DNA of 64,000 nt from Microgenomates group bacterium (GTDB taxonomy: Bacteria > Patescibacteriota > Microgenomatia > UBA8517). The notes under the pieces are model-generated. The model was given only the letters and a program-made list of their open reading frames with translations, was not told where the DNA came from and searched no databases. The stretch lies in NCBI GenBank assembly GCA_049301455.1, contig JBAQKY010000029.1, positions 15,597 to 79,596 on the forward strand, written 5' to 3'. A program made the position numbers and the translations under genes. This document shows positions 29,380 through 38,069 of this stretch, piece by piece; position 1 is the first letter of the stretch; each line of letters opens with the position of its first letter.

Positions 29380-30621
29380 ATGAATGATCGAAACTACGGT
29401 GGTCTAATCTGGACAAATCATGCATTACAGAGATTAAACGAGCGAGGTGTAAAACAGGGTGATGCTTGGGCTGTTTGGAACAGGCCGGAACAGAGTAGAT
29501 ATTCCGCGACTAAAGGTGCATGGATATATTATAGAACATATGGAAATGAACGAATTGAGGTGGTGGCTAAACAGAACGAAAAGAAAGAGTGGATAGTTTT
29601 GTCTGTTTGGTCAAAACAAGTTTTTGAAAAGGAAAGGCAAAAAAAGTCTCTTTGGAAAATTTTATTTGGGGGCTATACAGACACTTTAATACCAATTTTA
29701 GCTTCAACACTTTTTATAACTATTTTTACCATTTCTATAATATCTCCTAAAAAACCAGAAACATCAAATACTCCCACCACTCCAACAGAGACATCAACAA
29801 TTTTAGCGTCGTCAACGCCAACTTTAATTTCAAACCAGATAGTAACGCCGTCTATAACACCTACTCCAACAGGAACTATAAAACCTATTGTTACAAAAGC
29901 TCCAACAGCAGTTCCTGTCATAAATAACTCTGCGCCAAATTCTGGATATTCAAGGCAAAATGTGCAAACAGATGCAGGAACATTTAGCGTCAGCATAGTT
30001 GCTGCAAACACAGCTACAACTAAGGTAATTGTTGATACTGCATCAACAACTGATTGCACTAATAATTGTCCAGTTTTATCTCTGGGAGAATATGTAACAA
30101 GAAATGGTGGTTGGGCAGGTATTAATGGTTCATATTTTTGCCCAAAAGATTATCCAAGTTGTGCAGGGAAAGAAAATTCTTTTGATTTACTCGTCATGAA
30201 TAAAGATAAATATTATTTTAATTCTGCAAATAATGTCTACAGTACCAATCCTGTAGTGGGTTTTAGAGATGGATCTGTTAGTTTTGTATCAGCTGGTAGC
30301 CAATGGGGTAGAGATACTTCATTGAATGGAGTTTTGATGAACTATCCACTTTTAGTATATGGTGGAAATATAACTTTTGGCGGTGATGATGATCCAAAAA
30401 AAGGAAGCAAAGGATCAAGAAGTTTTGTTGCTAACAGAGGCAGCATGGTCTATATAGGTGTAGTCCACTCTGCAACAGTTGCGGAGTCTGCCAGAGTAAT
30501 GAAAGCATTAAATATGGATAATGCATTAAATCTTGATAATGGTGGTTCTACAGCCCTATGGCATGGAGGCTACAAAGTTGGCCCAGGGCGTGGTATTCCC
30601 AATGCAATTATATTTAAATAG
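29380..30621 (+). CDS. fusion protein: DUF4258-like N-domain / TM helix / Thr-Pro-rich linker / phosphodiester glycosidase (NAGPA-like) C-domain
   Basis: The N-terminal region GGLIWTNHALQRLNERGVKQGDAWAVWNRPE...IEVVAKQNEKKEWIVLSVW matches the DUF4258 pattern (i.fT.HA.eRm.eRgI). The TM helix is LIPILASTLFITIFTISIIS. The linker is TSNTPTTPTETSTILASSTPTL...TPTPTGT. The C-domain has GINGSYF...NLDNGGSTALW, which is typical of phosphodiester glycosidase / DUF2233. Confidence 0.6.
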   Translation: MNDRNYGGLIWTNHALQRLNERGVKQGDAWAVWNRPEQSRYSATKGAWIYYRTYGNERIEVVAKQNEKKEWIVLSVWSKQVFEKERQKKSLWKILFGGYTDTLIPILASTLFITIFTISIISPKKPETSNTPTTPTETSTILASSTPTLISNQIVTPSITPTPTGTIKPIVTKAPTAVPVINNSAPNSGYSRQNVQTDAGTFSVSIVAANTATTKVIVDTASTTDCTNNCPVLSLGEYVTRNGGWAGINGSYFCPKDYPSCAGKENSFDLLVMNKDKYYFNSANNVYSTNPVVGFRDGSVSFVSAGSQWGRDTSLNGVLMNYPLLVYGGNITFGGDDDPKKGSKGSRSFVANRGSMVYIGVVHSATVAESARVMKALNMDNALNLDNGGSTALWHGGYKVGPGRGIPNAIIFK

Positions 30622-30662
30622 ACTGGTATTGACGAACCGTTTATTTTAGTTTAAATTTAATT

Positions 30663-31445
30663 ATGGCTAAAGCAAAATTAGGCAGAAATACACTTCCACT
30701 TCTTGCAATTACTGCCCTTCTACTAAGTATTGCCTTGGTGAATTACGATCAATCTCTGGTTTCTAACAGTAAAAGTACCCAAAGCGTATTAAGTGATACT
30801 GATGAAAGGGAAGATCGTGATGAAGACGAAAAAGATGAAGATGAAGATAAAGACAACGATGACGATGAAGTAAGGACAGCTTCCCAAGTTAGAGAAACAC
30901 CAAAGCCTGAGAAAAGAGAAAGAGAGACTCTAAGGACTAAAGAAAGAGAAGAAACTAAAAAGACAAAAACAGAAACAATAAGAGTTGAAGAAGAAATGGA
31001 AATTGAAGAGGATGATGCAAACGATGATCAGACTGATGATGAAAGCGCGGACGACGAACTTGAGACAGAATTTGAATCAGAGTCAGAAGTTGCATCAGCC
31101 GACGGTACTGTAAATAAATTTAAATTAAAAATCAAGACAAGAACAGTAGCTGGAAAAACAATAGTTGAGACAGCTTCAGGCGAGATTGAGGTAGAAACAA
31201 ATCCAGACGAAGCCATAAATGAACTTGTTGCAGATGGAATTATTGATGAACCAGTTTCATTTGAGGCAAAAATGAATAATAGAGAAAAGGTCGAATTTGA
31301 AATCCAAGGTACTGATTCTAAAAAGTTTTTAGGTATATTTAATGTTGTGATTCCAAAACTTATTACAGTATCTTCAGAAACTGGTGAAGTAGTTTCAACT
31401 AACCAAAATGTGTGGTCAAGAATATTAAGTTTACTTTCAGTTTAA
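30663..31445 (+). CDS. secreted/anchored highly acidic low-complexity protein
   Basis: The signal anchor is LPLLAITALLLSIALV. An extreme D/E tract follows (DTDEREDRDEDEKDEDEDKDNDDDE...EEEMEIEEDDANDDQTDDESADDELETEFESESE). The C-terminal region is more ordered. Confidence 0.5.
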   Translation: MAKAKLGRNTLPLLAITALLLSIALVNYDQSLVSNSKSTQSVLSDTDEREDRDEDEKDEDEDKDNDDDEVRTASQVRETPKPEKRERETLRTKEREETKKTKTETIRVEEEMEIEEDDANDDQTDDESADDELETEFESESEVASADGTVNKFKLKIKTRTVAGKTIVETASGEIEVETNPDEAINELVADGIIDEPVSFEAKMNNREKVEFEIQGTDSKKFLGIFNVVIPKLITVSSETGEVVSTNQNVWSRILSLLSV

Positions 31446-32656
31446 ACAAAAGTAATTGCAACACCTTTTTTGTCTGCTCTTCCAGTTCTTCCGATTCTGT
31501 GGACATAGGTATCTTTACTTTCTGGAGCTTCGTAGTTGATTACATGGCTAACGTTAGGAATATCAAGTCCACGAGAGGCAACGTCTGTTGCAATTAATAT
31601 ATTAATATGGCTAGATTTAAATCTGTCCAAGGTTCTTAATCTTTGACTTTGTCTTTTGTTTCCATGGATTGCATCTGCTTTAAAACCTCGACTGACTAAT
31701 TCATCAGAAAGTTTTTGTACTCCATGTTTTGTTCTGGCGAATATTAATACCTTATCAAATTCCTCTTTTTTCAAAAGATCATGCAATTGCTCTATCTTTT
31801 TATGTGGACTGTCGACTCTTATAACTTCTTGTCTAACATTTGCTGATGTTTCTCTGGTTTTAACAGAAATTGTCACAGGATTATTTACAAATGCATTTAA
31901 AACACTTCTAACTTTTCCATCAATAGTTGCAGAAAAGAAAAGTGATTGTCTTTTTTGTGGCAAAAGCGAAATCATGTATTGGATATCTTTAAGAAAACCA
32001 ATATCTACCATATGGTCCGCTTCATCAAGTACCACAGATGCACAGTCATCAAGTCTTAAACTTCTTGTGTCTACATGGTCCAATATTCTTCCAGGAGTTC
32101 CAATTATAAAGTTTGGATTACGTCTTAATTCTTGTTTTTGTCTGTTTATGTTTTCTCCACCAATACATAGTGCAGAGTAGATATTTAATCCTTTAGAAAA
32201 GAGATAAAATTCGTCCCGTATTTGTGAAGCAAGCTCTCTTGTTGGGGCAACTATTAATACCTTGTTTGTTCTGTCTTTGATTACTTTATTCAATAGTGGA
32301 ATTAAAAAGGCTGCAGTTTTACCTGTACCTGTGTTTGCAATACCAATTAAATCACGTCCTTCAAGAATTTCTGGAATCGATTGATCTTGAATTGGTGTTG
32401 GAGAACCATACCTTCTGTCCAAGACATTTTGCATAAGTTTTGAATCGATATTAAAATCAGAGAATTTATTTTTTGAAATGTAGCTTTCAGGAGCAACTAC
32501 AACATCTTCATCCTTTTGTGCGTTTATTACGCTAGTTGGATCAAATACTTTTGCAACTCTTCCACGACCTCCAGAACCAAAACGTCTGCCCATTGCACCA
32601 TAATTTGTGCGAGCACGGAACCCACTATTTGAACCTCTTTTAAAATTTTTATACAT
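31442..32656 (-). CDS. DEAD-box ATP-dependent RNA helicase with N-terminal Arg/Gly-rich extension
   Basis: The Q motif is GSPTPIQ. Motif I is ANTGTGKTAAF. Motif II is DEAD. SAT, motif V (ARGLD) and motif VI (HRIGRTGR) are all present. The N-terminus is RGSNSGFRARTNYGAMGRRFGSGGRGR. Confidence 0.9.
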   Translation of the reverse strand: MYKNFKRGSNSGFRARTNYGAMGRRFGSGGRGRVAKVFDPTSVINAQKDEDVVVAPESYISKNKFSDFNIDSKLMQNVLDRRYGSPTPIQDQSIPEILEGRDLIGIANTGTGKTAAFLIPLLNKVIKDRTNKVLIVAPTRELASQIRDEFYLFSKGLNIYSALCIGGENINRQKQELRRNPNFIIGTPGRILDHVDTRSLRLDDCASVVLDEADHMVDIGFLKDIQYMISLLPQKRQSLFFSATIDGKVRSVLNAFVNNPVTISVKTRETSANVRQEVIRVDSPHKKIEQLHDLLKKEEFDKVLIFARTKHGVQKLSDELVSRGFKADAIHGNKRQSQRLRTLDRFKSSHINILIATDVASRGLDIPNVSHVINYEAPESKDTYVHRIGRTGRADKKGVAITFV

Positions 32657-32836
32657 TTTTTGGTAAATTTATAGCTTTTAACTTTTAAATTTAATTATTA
32701 ATTTTAATTAATTGGGGAAAAACCGGAGAAGTAAAAATAAATTAATACGACTAGCTTTTCAACTCAATATGTCAATATTGACACCAATAGAAAGAATAAT
32801 AACATCTTAATATCCAAATGTCAATCCCATAGTGTA

Positions 32837-33088
32837 TTATTTGGTCTTTTTATTTTTCTTTGGAGTTTCTTTTTGATCACGATTTAAGATCAAATAAATT
32901 AAAGGTAATATGCCCATAGAATTAACAACCAATAATGCAATAAACCACACATTCTGATCCTTTCTTGCAGATTTCCAAAGTGCAAAACCGCGTAAAACCA
33001 AATCAAAAATGGCAAACGGTATTAAAAGTCCAAACAGACCAAAGTTGTTTCCTAAACCGTTGTAGTAATTATTGTACCCCCACATCAT
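32837..33088 (-). CDS. hypothetical small membrane protein (2 TM)
   Basis: 83 aa. It has a Tyr/Asn/Gly-rich N-terminus, two TM helices and a basic tail. It overlaps the GIY-YIG gene by 4 nt. Confidence 0.45.
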   Translation of the reverse strand: MMWGYNNYYNGLGNNFGLFGLLIPFAIFDLVLRGFALWKSARKDQNVWFIALLVVNSMGILPLIYLILNRDQKETPKKNKKTK

Positions 33089-33333
33089 ATATTATTAATT
33101 AAAGCTTCTTTTTTTGATTTTGTCAATTTCTTAATTTCGGTCTCACGCCTTAGAGCATTACTCCTATTTTTTAATTTTTCTGTGTAAACCAATTCAAAAC
33201 TTTCAAAAGATCTCATGTACTTAGCAGATTTTCTACCTTTACTTCTATGTTCCTGAAGTCTTTTTGTTAAGTTATTTGTAATCCCAGTATATAGAGTGTT
33301 CTTGGATGTTCTTAGTATGTAGACGTTGTACAT
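33085..33333 (-). CDS. GIY-YIG nuclease family protein (standalone, 82 aa)
   Basis: The GIY-YIG motif is YNVYILRTSKNTLYTGITNNLTKRLQEH...R...E. Confidence 0.8.
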   Translation of the reverse strand: MYNVYILRTSKNTLYTGITNNLTKRLQEHRSKGRKSAKYMRSFESFELVYTEKLKNRSNALRRETEIKKLTKSKKEALINNI

Positions 33334-34281
33334 TTAGAGTAATTTTTTAGCTTCCTCAACATTTTTTGTTGCCATGAGTTTTGCTCGTAATTCCCTAGAT
33401 CCCTCGAAATTGTTAACATACATCTTAAAAAACTTTTTTACAGCGTCATAGCTGAGACCTACTTTATCAAAATGCATTGTATTATCGTATAGATCTAGAT
33501 GTTTTAATAAAACTTGTCTGTAGTCGTCCCAACTATGTTGTTTTTCTTCTTTATCAAAAACCCAAGGGTTGCTGAATATGCCTCGACCTATCATAACTCC
33601 ATCTACATTATATTTATCATGTTTTTCTTGTATATCACTTTGATTTTTGACGTCTCCATTGCCAATTATTATAGTTTGAGGTGAAATACTATTTTTTATT
33701 TTTACTGCTTTTGCAATTTCTTCCCAGTTTGCTGGGACGTCAGACATTTGTTTTGCTGTGCGTCCATGAATAGTTAATGCATCTATTTTTTGTTCGAGTA
33801 AGAAAGTGATCCAGTCTTCAGTCTCAACATCTTTAAAACCAATTCGTGTTTTTACACTAATGGGTAACTTTTTTGTGCCTTTGCGTGTTGCTTTAATAAT
33901 TTCTGCAACTAACGGTCGATTGTTTATCAGTGCTGAACATGCTCCAATTTTAATAACTGCCCGTACGGGACAGCCCATATTAATATCAATTCCATCAAAA
34001 CCAAACTTTTCAGCAATTTGTGCAGCTTTTGTAAAATGCTCAGGATTTGTACCCCAGATTTGTGCAACAATTGGATGTTGTACTTTGCTGAATTTGAACC
34101 TGTGGATTGTTTTCTCGTAACCTTCAGATGATAGTGCATCTACATTAGTAAATTCTGTAAATAAAACATCTGGTTTTGGAAGTTCGTTTGCTACAATCTC
34201 ACGAAATACAAAATCTGTTACATTTTCCATAGGCGCAAGAACTGAAAAAGGTTTAGGGAGTTTAATCCAGAAATTATTCAT
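33334..34281 (-). CDS. dus: tRNA-dihydrouridine synthase
   Basis: LAPMENVTDFVFR is present. The TIM-barrel Dus motifs are GCP...Cys and IHGRT. Confidence 0.9.
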   Translation of the reverse strand: MNNFWIKLPKPFSVLAPMENVTDFVFREIVANELPKPDVLFTEFTNVDALSSEGYEKTIHRFKFSKVQHPIVAQIWGTNPEHFTKAAQIAEKFGFDGIDINMGCPVRAVIKIGACSALINNRPLVAEIIKATRKGTKKLPISVKTRIGFKDVETEDWITFLLEQKIDALTIHGRTAKQMSDVPANWEEIAKAVKIKNSISPQTIIIGNGDVKNQSDIQEKHDKYNVDGVMIGRGIFSNPWVFDKEEKQHSWDDYRQVLLKHLDLYDNTMHFDKVGLSYDAVKKFFKMYVNNFEGSRELRAKLMATKNVEEAKKLL

Positions 34282-34293
34282 CTAGCTATTATA

Positions 34294-35262
34294 TCAAAGG
34301 TAAGATTTGATATTTTCTTTGTGCTCTTCATAAGTTTTTGCACAATGTATTTGTCTGTTTGAGTCATGTAGATAGAAGATGCAATCTGTCTCTTCAGGAT
34401 TAAGAGCTGCTTCAATATATTCAACATTTGGGCTACAAATTGGGGTTGGTGGTAGACCCTCATTTTTATAGCTATTATATGGAGAGTCAAGTCTTTTTTG
34501 CTCTAGATCGATTGCCCCCCACCAACTTCCATTCTCATTTTTACCAAGTGTGTATTGCATTGTGGCATCGATCTGAAGTCTCATGTCTTGATTCAATCTG
34601 TTCCAAATAATTCCAGATATTAGTTTTGCATCTTCTCTACCTGCAGCTTCTCTGGCAATTAACGATGCAATTTTAAGTCCAGTTGTCCATTTTATATTTT
34701 TTGATAAGTAGTTACTTGATAATGGTGCAAACTTTTCTTCAAAGTTTTGAGTAAATCTTTGTGCAACTTGTTCTACAGATTCGTTGACTGGAATTAGATA
34801 AGTGTCTGGATAGAATACGCCTTCATAATAATCAGTATTTTTAAATAGGTTATTCCATTGTTTGAGTTTGTCTTCACTCCAATCTAAAGTATTTGCTAGT
34901 TTTTCACCTACTTGTTCTTTTCTTGGGCAGTAGTATATGTTTACCCAAAGTAAATCTTGTTTACTGGTAATTTTATTTAATATTTGCCATGAATTTAGTG
35001 ACTGGTCTATGTAATAACCACCTTCTTTAATCTCAATATTTTTAAAAAAGTAATTATGTAACAAATCAAAGGCTTTTTTGTTTTTGATTAAATTTTGTTT
35101 AATTAGAGATTCTGAAAGATTAAACGATTGTCTGTTTTGTGGCACAACAAAAGTAACAATAGTCTGATTTTTACTTACAGGGCCAAAAAATGAAACATAA
35201 ATTGAAAACACAAAAAAGGTCAGAGCAAGTAAAAGTATGGTTATTTTAAATAAGGTTTTCAT
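34294..35262 (-). CDS. mltG: endolytic murein transglycosylase MltG (YceG-like)
   Basis: It has an N-terminal TM helix. The YceG family C-terminal region is NSYKNEGLPPTPICSPNVEYIEAALNP. Confidence 0.8.
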   Translation of the reverse strand: MKTLFKITILLLALTFFVFSIYVSFFGPVSKNQTIVTFVVPQNRQSFNLSESLIKQNLIKNKKAFDLLHNYFFKNIEIKEGGYYIDQSLNSWQILNKITSKQDLLWVNIYYCPRKEQVGEKLANTLDWSEDKLKQWNNLFKNTDYYEGVFYPDTYLIPVNESVEQVAQRFTQNFEEKFAPLSSNYLSKNIKWTTGLKIASLIAREAAGREDAKLISGIIWNRLNQDMRLQIDATMQYTLGKNENGSWWGAIDLEQKRLDSPYNSYKNEGLPPTPICSPNVEYIEAALNPEETDCIFYLHDSNRQIHCAKTYEEHKENIKSYL

Positions 35263-36939
35263 TTGTATATTAAGTTAATATATTTTAAGATGTATAGAAT
35301 GGACAATACAATTATACAGCTTGCAATAATCTTAACATCAGCTTCTGCACTTGGATTAATTGTTCATAAGTTAAAATTACCATTAGTAGTTTCATATATT
35401 TTAGTCGGCGTAATAATCTCGTTCTTAAGTGTTTTTGATGTTACTCAATCATTAGTTCTTCATATATTGCCTGAAATAGGAATTGCATTCGTTTTGTTTT
35501 TAATTGGTATGGAGCTTGATCTTCGTGAGATTAAGACGTTAGGTATACCAATAATAGTTTCAGCAATTGGACAAGTGATTGTCTTAACAATAATTGGATT
35601 TTTCTTGGCGGGTCTTCTAGGTTTTGAAACTTTTGAAAGTTTTTATTTAGGATTAGGCTTGGCCTTCTCATCAACTGTGGTTGTTGTAAAAATGTTGTTA
35701 GAGAAGAAAGATCTCTCTTCACTTCATGGAAAACTTTCAATTGGAATCTTGTTAATTGAAGACTTGGTTGCTATTGCAGTCCTCATGATCATTTCAGTAA
35801 GTGGTTCTGCTTTAGGTTTAGGCTTTCAACAAAGTTTGCCGATATTAACTTTAATACTCAAAGCGATTGGTCTATTTGTCTTAACCTTTGTTCTTTCAAA
35901 ATATGTATTAGAGAAATTATTTGACGCAGTTGCAAAGTCTACAGAATTGTTGTTTTTTACAACTATTGCATGGTGTTTTGCTTTTACATCTCTTGCAATT
36001 TTGCTTGGATTCTCTGTTGAGATTGGTGCCTTTTTGGCTGGTGTGGCCCTTGCTTCATCGCCTTATCATTTTCAGATTCAAGGTAAGATAAAACCACTTA
36101 GGGACTTTTTCTTAACTTTGTTTTTTGTCTATCTTGGTTCACATGTAAAGCTTGAATATTTAATTACTTCTTTCCCAATAATAATTGTTTTTACATTGTG
36201 TGCACTAGTTTTAAAACCACTAATTTATATGATGATTTTAGGTAGCTTTGGGTTTAGAAAACATACGCTTTTTCAGACTGCGTTAAATCTTTCTCAAGTT
36301 TCAGAATTTTCACTTATTATTTTAGTCGTTGGTGTAAAGGCAGGACTTGTTTCTAATCTGCCACTTTCAATAATGGCTTCTGTTGCAGTTCTTTCTATAA
36401 TTAGTTCCTCTATTATGATTTCATTTTCAAACAAGATATATAAAATGTTTATTCCAATAATGCCTTTCTTTGAACATAAAAGGAAAGTCCACTTTTTGGA
36501 GACTAACAATAATAGTGATTTAGAAAAACATGTAATTATTATTGGAGCACACAGAACAGGAGGTCCTGTTGTTAAGTACCTTAAAAAACAAGGTATTCCA
36601 TTTTTAGTAATGGACTTTAACCCACATCTAGTAAAAGAATTAAGAGAGAAGGGTATGAATGTCGTATATGGTGATATTGGTGACCCAGAAGTTTTAGATA
36701 GCTTGCAAATTGAAAAGGCCAAACTTATTATTTCTACTGCCCCTTCAATTAGTGATAACCAAACCCTTTTGGAAGAATGTAAAAGAAGGTCTGCAAAAGC
36801 AGTTGTGATTGTTAGAGCAGAAGATAAAGAACATGGTGATGCCTTAAAAGCACTTGGAGCAAATTATATTATTTCACCAGAAACAGTTGCTGGGTCATAC
36901 CTTGTCAATAAAATAAAAAGCCATTGGTCAAGACATTGA
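35263..36939 (+). CDS. monovalent cation:proton antiporter (CPA2/Kef-type) with C-terminal RCK/TrkA-N domain
   Basis: There are about 12 TM helices. The RCK domain Rossmann motif is HVIIIGAHRTGG. The true start is probably a few codons downstream, at MYRMDNT or MDNT. Confidence 0.8.
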   Translation: MYIKLIYFKMYRMDNTIIQLAIILTSASALGLIVHKLKLPLVVSYILVGVIISFLSVFDVTQSLVLHILPEIGIAFVLFLIGMELDLREIKTLGIPIIVSAIGQVIVLTIIGFFLAGLLGFETFESFYLGLGLAFSSTVVVVKMLLEKKDLSSLHGKLSIGILLIEDLVAIAVLMIISVSGSALGLGFQQSLPILTLILKAIGLFVLTFVLSKYVLEKLFDAVAKSTELLFFTTIAWCFAFTSLAILLGFSVEIGAFLAGVALASSPYHFQIQGKIKPLRDFFLTLFFVYLGSHVKLEYLITSFPIIIVFTLCALVLKPLIYMMILGSFGFRKHTLFQTALNLSQVSEFSLIILVVGVKAGLVSNLPLSIMASVAVLSIISSSIMISFSNKIYKMFIPIMPFFEHKRKVHFLETNNNSDLEKHVIIIGAHRTGGPVVKYLKKQGIPFLVMDFNPHLVKELREKGMNVVYGDIGDPEVLDSLQIEKAKLIISTAPSISDNQTLLEECKRRSAKAVVIVRAEDKEHGDALKALGANYIISPETVAGSYLVNKIKSHWSRH

Positions 36940-36950
36940 ATAAAAAGATA

Positions 36951-37910
36951 TTAAATCCAAAACATTAGGCTTTTGTGACCCATAATCTCGACATATAAAA
37001 ATAAAATATAAATACTGAGTAAAAATAAACCTTCAATTCTTGAGACAGTATTCTTTGACCTAGCAAACAGATAAAAAATAAATAGACCTACTACTAAAAA
37101 CAATAGACTAGTAACATAACTATTGCTTAAAATTATGGGTTTCTTATAAGCAAGTGATAATATTCCAATTAAGAATGTGTTGAATGCTGCTGATCCAACA
37201 TAGTCTCCAAAAGCAACCTGATTGTTTTTCATAAACGCTGCACGAATAACCAACGATAATTCTGGTACGTTTGTGCCAATTGATATGACAAGTAAGCTAA
37301 TTAAGAATGGAGAAACATTTAAAATTTCAGCAAAATAATTAGTTTGTTCTACTACAAAACGACTTGCAATGAAAATTACGACAATTCCAAATATTATTCT
37401 TAAAATTTCTTTACCAAACTTTACACTTTTATCAGTTTCAAAATTAGCTAGATTGTCAAACAGTCCTTTCTTGGCTTGAATACTAATAATTAGAAAGATG
37501 AATAGTGAAACACAGACAATACTATCAAACTTTCCGATTGTACCATCAAGTGTGAGCATGACTGGTAAGGCTACGACAACAAGAGATGCAGGTAGATTAA
37601 ATCCTTGAAACTCTGGACTTATTCTTATACTTTTACCAACTATTGCCAAGAGTGGAACAATTAACATAAATAAAACGATTGAAGCTCCAATTAAATTTCC
37701 GACATATATTTCTGGTTCATTTTCAATAATAGAATTGACTCCAACTGAAAGCTCGCTGATAGATGTAAAAAAACCAAGTAATATGAATGAAACAACAAAT
37801 GATGATACTTTGAGTGTTCTTGATATTCTTTGAACTGATTTAATTGCAATACCTGACCCAATCCAAATGCCTATGAATGAAAATAAATATATGAGCAGGT
37901 GGTTAATCAT
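36951..37910 (-). CDS. Ca2+/cation antiporter (CaCA family, YrbG-like)
   Basis: 319 aa with two alpha-repeat regions (GNLIGASIV... and GDYVGSAAFN...). Confidence 0.75.
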   Translation of the reverse strand: MINHLLIYLFSFIGIWIGSGIAIKSVQRISRTLKVSSFVVSFILLGFFTSISELSVGVNSIIENEPEIYVGNLIGASIVLFMLIVPLLAIVGKSIRISPEFQGFNLPASLVVVALPVMLTLDGTIGKFDSIVCVSLFIFLIISIQAKKGLFDNLANFETDKSVKFGKEILRIIFGIVVIFIASRFVVEQTNYFAEILNVSPFLISLLVISIGTNVPELSLVIRAAFMKNNQVAFGDYVGSAAFNTFLIGILSLAYKKPIILSNSYVTSLLFLVVGLFIFYLFARSKNTVSRIEGLFLLSIYILFLYVEIMGHKSLMFWI

Positions 37911-38069
37911 ATATCTATAATATCAGGAAAATGATTAGCATGAAGACAAATAATTTAGTTGAGGTTGCCTGATGATTTATCAACAGTAAACTGGACTGAA
38001 ATTATCAAATACCCTAGGTTAGTTTGTCAAAAAAGTGAAGTGTATATTAATGCTGTCTCATCATAGATT

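Noticed and set aside
37911-38069. Expected attR-like direct repeat of the tRNA-Gln 3' end at the far side of the KAP NTPase gene
   Set aside because: I read the 159-nt spacer and found no copy of the tRNA 3' segment (ctgggggacagggatttgaacc or its complement). Island boundaries therefore remain unsupported.
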